DNA from: Thermodesulfobacteriota bacterium
GTDB taxonomy: Bacteria > Desulfobacterota > Desulfobulbia > Desulfobulbales > SURF-16
Length of the DNA: 21,754 bases
Assembly (NCBI GenBank): GCA_040755455.1
Contig: JBFMAY010000053.1
Span: 1 to 21,754, forward strand
Direction: 5' to 3'
Made by a program: the position numbers and the translations under genes. A model generated the notes under the pieces. It was not told the origin of the DNA. It worked only from the letters and a program-made list of their open reading frames with translations, and ran no database searches. This document shows, in pieces, positions 17,281 through 21,754 of this stretch (its first letter is position 1; each line of letters opens with the position of its first letter).

Positions 17281-19143
17281 ATGTTCAAGCGAATAAGTCT
17301 TACCGCAAAATTAGGCTTTGGCTTTGGTTTCGTAATCCTTGTTTCACTCGCAACAGGCATCATTGCGGTCACGAGCATGAACCGTTTCGGGACATGCGCC
17401 GCAACCCTTTCCCAGGACTATGTGCCCGAAGTGACCATGGCCAACAACATGGAACGTAATACCTTTTCCATGCTGCTTGAGATGCGCGGCTACGATTATA
17501 CGGATAACACCCTCTTTCTCGATGAGGCCGGGAAATACCTCGCGAACATCAAACAAGACATCAAGGACGCCGTCAATCATGGCCTGCCCCAATTAAAAGA
17601 GGGCGCCGAGAAAGCGGAGCAGAGCGTGCTTGAATACGAAAGACTTACCGGGGAAACCGTCGTAATAACAGGGGAACTCGAAAAGGAACGCAAAGTGGCT
17701 GATGAATCGGGTCTCCAATATATGAGGGTTTGCCGCACCTTTCTGGAGAGCCAAAAAGTAGCCATGCAGGGTGAAATCATCGCGGGCCTTGAAGGCGATC
17801 AACTCGAACAACGGCTCAATCGAATAGCCCTGGTGACGGACATTATCGACCTGGGCCACCAGGTTGTTACGGGCACCTGGAAAGCGCAATTCAACCGTGA
17901 CCCAAAGTCCCTTACCGAGACACTGGCAATATTTGATCAGGTTAATGATAAATTGACCGCGTTAAAGAAGATATGCGATTTTGAGGGTGATCTCAAAAAG
18001 ATTGAAGAATCCCGTTCCGCGATGCTCACATTTAAAGAAGCCAATGCCAAACTGGCGGAAAAATGGCTGGCAAGGGAAGAGGTTGCCAGGCAACGCACCA
18101 TTCTGGCGAAAAGCATCGTCGAGCAGGCGAAAAACATTGCCGGCACTGGCCTGGGGGATATGACCCGGGCCGCCGAAAACACCTCCCGTACGATTTCCGC
18201 TTCATCAAATTTTATCAGTGGGGGAATCATCTTTGGCCTGTTGTTTTCCATGGCAATAGCGGGTTTTATTGTGAAAAGCGTCACCATGTCCATCAAGCAG
18301 GTTATCGGCGCTTTAGGTTTCAGCGCGGAGCAGGTCAACGCCTCCGCCGATCAGGTGTCAAGCGCCAGTCAGCAATTGGCTGAGGGCGCCAGCGAGCAGG
18401 CCGCCAGTCTGGAGGAAAGTTCCGCCTCCTTGGAAGAGATGGCCTCCATGACGCGCCAGAGCGCCGACAACGCCGGCAAGGCCGACAACCTGATGCGGGA
18501 ATCGCAGACTGTTGTTCAAGGCGGCGTTGAGGCCATGAAACGTATGTCCGATGCCATTGCAAAAATCAAGACATCAGCCGACGAAACGGCAAAGATCATC
18601 AAGACTATTGACGAAATTGCTTTCCAGACCAATCTGCTGGCTCTTAATGCCGCGGTTGAAGCGGCACGGGCCGGAGAGGCGGGCATGGGCTTTGCCGTGG
18701 TAGCCGAGGAAGTCCGCAACCTGGCGCAACGCAGCGCCGAGGCCGCTAAAAATACGGCGGGCCTGATAGAGGGCGCCACGAAGAACGCCGAGGCTGGAGT
18801 GCATGTAACGTCTGAAGTTGCCAAAGCCTTATCGGCTATTCAGGAGAGCGCGGGGAAAGTCGCAACCCTGGTAGCGGAGATTGCGGCGGCATCAAAAGAA
18901 CAGGCGCAGGGCATTGACCAGGTTAATACAGCGGTAGCGGAAATGGACAAAGTAGTTCAACAGAACGCCGCCGGCGCAGAAAAATCAGCGGGCGCGTCGG
19001 AACAACTGTCCGCGCAAGCCCAGGAACTTAATGAACTGGTAAGACAACTTACGGAAATTGTGGGGGGCAGGACAGACTCCCATGTGGAGGTTCATGATCA
19101 ACAACAACTATGTTTACCGGCCGGCGCCATCAAGCCGTTGTAA
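17281..19143 (+). CDS. Methyl-accepting chemotaxis protein with a large all-helical periplasmic domain
   Basis: Two TM helices flanking about 280 helical residues (HBM/double four-helix-bundle-like); signalling tip [40 protein letters not shown]; no clear full HAMP domain. Confidence 0.96.
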   Translation: MFKRISLTAKLGFGFGFVILVSLATGIIAVTSMNRFGTCAATLSQDYVPEVTMANNMERNTFSMLLEMRGYDYTDNTLFLDEAGKYLANIKQDIKDAVNHGLPQLKEGAEKAEQSVLEYERLTGETVVITGELEKERKVADESGLQYMRVCRTFLESQKVAMQGEIIAGLEGDQLEQRLNRIALVTDIIDLGHQVVTGTWKAQFNRDPKSLTETLAIFDQVNDKLTALKKICDFEGDLKKIEESRSAMLTFKEANAKLAEKWLAREEVARQRTILAKSIVEQAKNIAGTGLGDMTRAAENTSRTISASSNFISGGIIFGLLFSMAIAGFIVKSVTMSIKQVIGALGFSAEQVNASADQVSSASQQLAEGASEQAASLEESSASLEEMASMTRQSADNAGKADNLMRESQTVVQGGVEAMKRMSDAIAKIKTSADETAKIIKTIDEIAFQTNLLALNAAVEAARAGEAGMGFAVVAEEVRNLAQRSAEAAKNTAGLIEGATKNAEAGVHVTSEVAKALSAIQESAGKVATLVAEIAAASKEQAQGIDQVNTAVAEMDKVVQQNAAGAEKSAGASEQLSAQAQELNELVRQLTEIVGGRTDSHVEVHDQQQLCLPAGAIKPL

Positions 19144-19261
19144 AAAAATAACATGGCCAGAGAAATGCGCGGAACGGCACTCTTTTCAGTACCCCCTTGA
19201 GGGGTATAAGGAGCCGTAACGAAATTGAAAAATGGCCATGTTATTTCATAACGGCTCCTAA
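19131..19261 (+). mobile_element. MITE/REP-like palindromic element, copy 1
   Basis: Core 19210-19258 GGAGCCGTAACGAAAT...ATTTCATAACGGCTCC flanked by TAA on both sides; outer arm AAGCCGTTG...AAATAACATGGCCA (19132-19159) has a 14-bp exact inverted match to 19233-19246. Confidence 0.7.
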
Positions 19262-19386
19262 TTAAAATTCCGCCCTCTTTTTCTCACCCAATCGGATGTT
19301 GTGGCGTGTTATCCTGTTGGAGAACACAAACCTCCAAGAGGGCATTCTGTTTTAAAAGCTGTCTTGGACAACAATGACATAAGGGA

Positions 19387-21132
19387 ATGTTTGCAGGCTT
19401 GGAAGCATCTTCGTTGTTGCATATTATTTTTGTCGCTGTAGGCGCGGTCTTTCTCATTGCCTCGATTTTCCTGAATTTCCGGGAAAACAAAAATATTCCT
19501 CAAGACCTTGCCGGCAGGTGGCGTCTTTTGACATGCCTGCTTGTCTTTTATCTGGCCGGGTATATCGTCTTTCTCATACTGCAGCCCCTCCATCACAATT
19601 TTTCTTGGGAAAAAGGAACCTTTTATAATACCCGGCAGACATCCTTTTATTACCTGGAGTTGGTGACCAGCCTCAGTTTCTTGGTCGGCGCCTTTTTTGT
19701 GTTCCTTGTCACGGGATTATCCATTAAAACCATCCGGCGGATCAATGAAGCCAGTGAAGTACTTGAAGAACAAGTCAGACAGCGTACGATGGAACTTGCG
19801 GAGAGCAATGAAAAGCTCGACGGAGAATTGACGGAGAAAAAAAAGTATGGGGCGCGGTTACAGTCCTCCCTCGCCGAGCTGGCGCAGATCTTCAACTCCG
19901 CCTCGAGCGGCATGATGGTTATTGCTATGAACTATACCATTATCCGCGCCAACCGCAGTTTTCTGCAAATGGTCCGCCTCCACAAGGAAAAAGTAATCGG
20001 CAAAAAGTGTTTTGATGTTTTCTACGGGCCGAAATGCCATAGCCCCGATTGTCCCCTTGTCTTGATCAGCAACGGCGTACACCCAGTGGAATACGAGATT
20101 GAAAAAATTCTTGCTGATCATGAGCGGATAATTTGCGAGCTTGGGGCCGCGCCTTTTTATGACTCTGAAGATCGGGTGATCGGCATTGTCGAGGATTTCA
20201 AGGACATTACCCTGCGGAGAAAGGCAGAAGATGACCTGCTGGGGACATATGCCGAACTGCGGGAGAAGAACAGGGAACTGGAGGAGGAGCAGAGAAATCT
20301 GGCCCAGGCTCATTCCGAGCTGAAGGACGCCCAGTCGCAGATGCTGCAGAGGGAGAAAATGGCCTCCATCGGCCAGCTGGCGGCCGGCGTTGCCCACGAG
20401 ATCAACAATCCGGTCGGTTTTATCGCCAGCAACCTCGGCACGCTGACCAAATATATCGACAGGTTGACGGAGTATATCTCTCTCCTGGAAAAGGCCATGA
20501 TGGGTGTGGCCCGAGAGCAATTGCGGGAAACGAGGAAGAAGCTGAAAATTGAATATATTGCTGGAGATGCCAAGGACCTGATCCGGGAATCCCTGGAGGG
20601 CACGGACCGGGTGAGCGCCATTGTCCGGGGGCTGAAGAGTTTTTCTCGGGTTGATGGGGCAACCCAACAGGCGACGGACATCAATGAGTGCCTGGAGGCC
20701 ACGTTGAATATCGTCTGGAATGAACTGAAATACAAGGCCGTTGTCACGAAGGATTACGGCAGTATTTCCCGCACCCTTTGCAATCCCCAGCAGCTCAATC
20801 AGGTGTTCATGAATCTGCTGGTCAACGCCGCCCAGGCCATTGAGAAACAGGGCGAGATCCGTATCAGATCGAGAGAGGAAAATGGCTGGATTTTCATTGC
20901 CATTGCCGACACAGGCTGCGGCGTCCCGCCACAGAACCTTCCCCGCATATTCGAGCCGTTTTTTACTACCAAGGACGTCGGCAAAGGCACGGGGCTGGGG
21001 CTAAGCATCTCCTATGATATCATCAAGAAGCACGGCGGGGATATCAGTGTGGAGAGCGAACCCGGCCGCGGCACCACCTTTAACGTAAAAATTCCTGTTG
21101 TCACGGAATTCAGTGAAGTTCAGACAAACTGA
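19387..21132 (+). CDS. Membrane sensor histidine kinase: 3 TM, coiled coil, PAS, HisKA (NtrB-like), HATPase; no receiver
   Basis: Three hydrophobic N-terminal segments; PAS ending EDFKDIT; EKMASIGQLAAGVAHEINNP; NLLVNA; FFTTKDVGKGTGLGL. Confidence 0.95.
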   Translation: MFAGLEASSLLHIIFVAVGAVFLIASIFLNFRENKNIPQDLAGRWRLLTCLLVFYLAGYIVFLILQPLHHNFSWEKGTFYNTRQTSFYYLELVTSLSFLVGAFFVFLVTGLSIKTIRRINEASEVLEEQVRQRTMELAESNEKLDGELTEKKKYGARLQSSLAELAQIFNSASSGMMVIAMNYTIIRANRSFLQMVRLHKEKVIGKKCFDVFYGPKCHSPDCPLVLISNGVHPVEYEIEKILADHERIICELGAAPFYDSEDRVIGIVEDFKDITLRRKAEDDLLGTYAELREKNRELEEEQRNLAQAHSELKDAQSQMLQREKMASIGQLAAGVAHEINNPVGFIASNLGTLTKYIDRLTEYISLLEKAMMGVAREQLRETRKKLKIEYIAGDAKDLIRESLEGTDRVSAIVRGLKSFSRVDGATQQATDINECLEATLNIVWNELKYKAVVTKDYGSISRTLCNPQQLNQVFMNLLVNAAQAIEKQGEIRIRSREENGWIFIAIADTGCGVPPQNLPRIFEPFFTTKDVGKGTGLGLSISYDIIKKHGGDISVESEPGRGTTFNVKIPVVTEFSEVQTN

Positions 21133-21181
21133 TCCTGGCGCTTTGCGGTATTGGTAAATACTTCAAGGTGCTCAATTATAT

Positions 21182-21285
21182 TTAGGAGCCGTTACGAAAT
21201 AACCTCTTCATTTTGAGCATTTCGTTACGGCTCCTTATGCCGTCTCTGACAACCGGACGGCGATGTTATTTTACTGCAACGGCTT
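21182..21285 (-). mobile_element. MITE/REP-like palindromic element, copy 2 (inverted relative to copy 1)
   Basis: Core 21185-21234 GGAGCCGTTACGAAAT...ATTTCGTTACGGCTCC flanked by TTA on both sides; outer arm ATGTTATTTTACTGCAACGGCTT is the reverse-complement counterpart of 19132-19154. Confidence 0.7.
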
Positions 21286-21339
21286 ACCGGCCAGCGCCCA
21301 TTAAAATTCCGCACTATTTTCCTCACCTTAGCCGATGTC
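21284..21339 (+). repeat. Imperfect direct repeat of 19114..19130 plus 19261..19300
   Basis: TTACCGGCCAGCGCCCAT versus TTACCGGCCGGCGCCAT; 21300-21339 matches 19261-19300 at 32 of 40 positions by manual alignment. Confidence 0.75.
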
Positions 21340-21373
21340 CCTGTTATAGAAACCAGTCCGTCACCAGGTGCGG

Positions 21374-21754
21374 CTACCTGGTCTGATGCCCCGCAGCCAG
21401 TCCCTGACCTCGAGGCATCATCACCTCTTTGAACTGTTGCACAGTATATGGAGATCCAATGGGTACGAGTTTTCGTATTTCTTCCAGATCACCTGCGGAC
21501 AGAAGGGATTCGACAAACGTGGTTCTGAAAAGATGGGGGACTCCACTGCCGGCAATAAGAACAATTGACTGGCGGATTGCCTCGGTGTCGACGGCAACGC
21601 CTGCCAGTTGCGCATACTGCTGAAGAGGAGCTTTTATATCCATGGCGATACAGTCGACTACCATATCAGAGAGCAACTCGGCCAGCACTGCCGGTCTGCT
21701 GCCGTTTGTATCAACTTTCACCGGATAGCCCAGTTCGCGTATGCGGTGACAAAA
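21374..21754 (-). CDS. nrdG: Anaerobic ribonucleoside-triphosphate reductase activating protein (radical SAM), 3' part
   Basis: The frame is open from the window edge: RIRELGYPVKVDTNGSRP...VDCIAMDIKAP...FRTT...YTVQQF, typical of the longer NrdG subfamily; the CX3CX2C motif lies outside the window. Confidence 0.82.
   Translation of the reverse strand, partial: FCHRIRELGYPVKVDTNGSRPAVLAELLSDMVVDCIAMDIKAPLQQYAQLAGVAVDTEAIRQSIVLIAGSGVPHLFRTTFVESLLSAGDLEEIRKLVPIGSPYTVQQFKEVMMPRGQGLAAGHQTR

Noticed and set aside
19170..19190. Possible sigma54 promoter (CGGCAC-N5-TCAG); similar near-match at about 15204-15219
   Set aside because: Each lacks one of the invariant -24 GG or -12 GC dinucleotides.
19131..21339. 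Repeats as a CRISPR array or integron attC sites
   Set aside because: Only two copies, in inverted orientation and 2 kb apart; no spacers, cas genes or integrase, and no clear RYYYAAC/GTTRRRY boundary arrangement.

Overview
A signal-transduction-dense and apparently mosaic region, probably from a sulfur-cycling deltaproteobacterium (Desulfobacterota-like; inferred from gene content). Almost all genes lie on the + strand, between a minus-strand membrane-protein gene on the left and a partial minus-strand nrdG-type radical SAM activase on the right. In order they encode: a short nitrite/sulfite-reductase-domain protein; a NarX/NarL-type pair (four-PAS HisKA_3 kinase plus LuxR-family regulator); a hybrid kinase whose DUF3365-like heme motif is degenerate; a 70-aa Cys-rich protein; an orphan LivJ-type binding protein overlapping a second hybrid kinase; a tandem pair of stand-alone V4R (XylR/DmpR A-domain-like) proteins followed by a cytoplasmic PAS hybrid kinase; a secreted 7-heme cytochrome with OmcS-like motif order; a stand-alone Cache protein; a chemoreceptor; and a fifth kinase. 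The non-coding DNA records rearrangement: an internally deleted IS, an IS21-like end, a ~670-bp decayed duplication placing a copy of one promoter region in front of the V4R operon, a 28-bp direct repeat bracketing the V4R block, and inverted MITE-like palindromes plus a direct repeat bracketing the last kinase. All family calls come from motif recognition; no database search was run.
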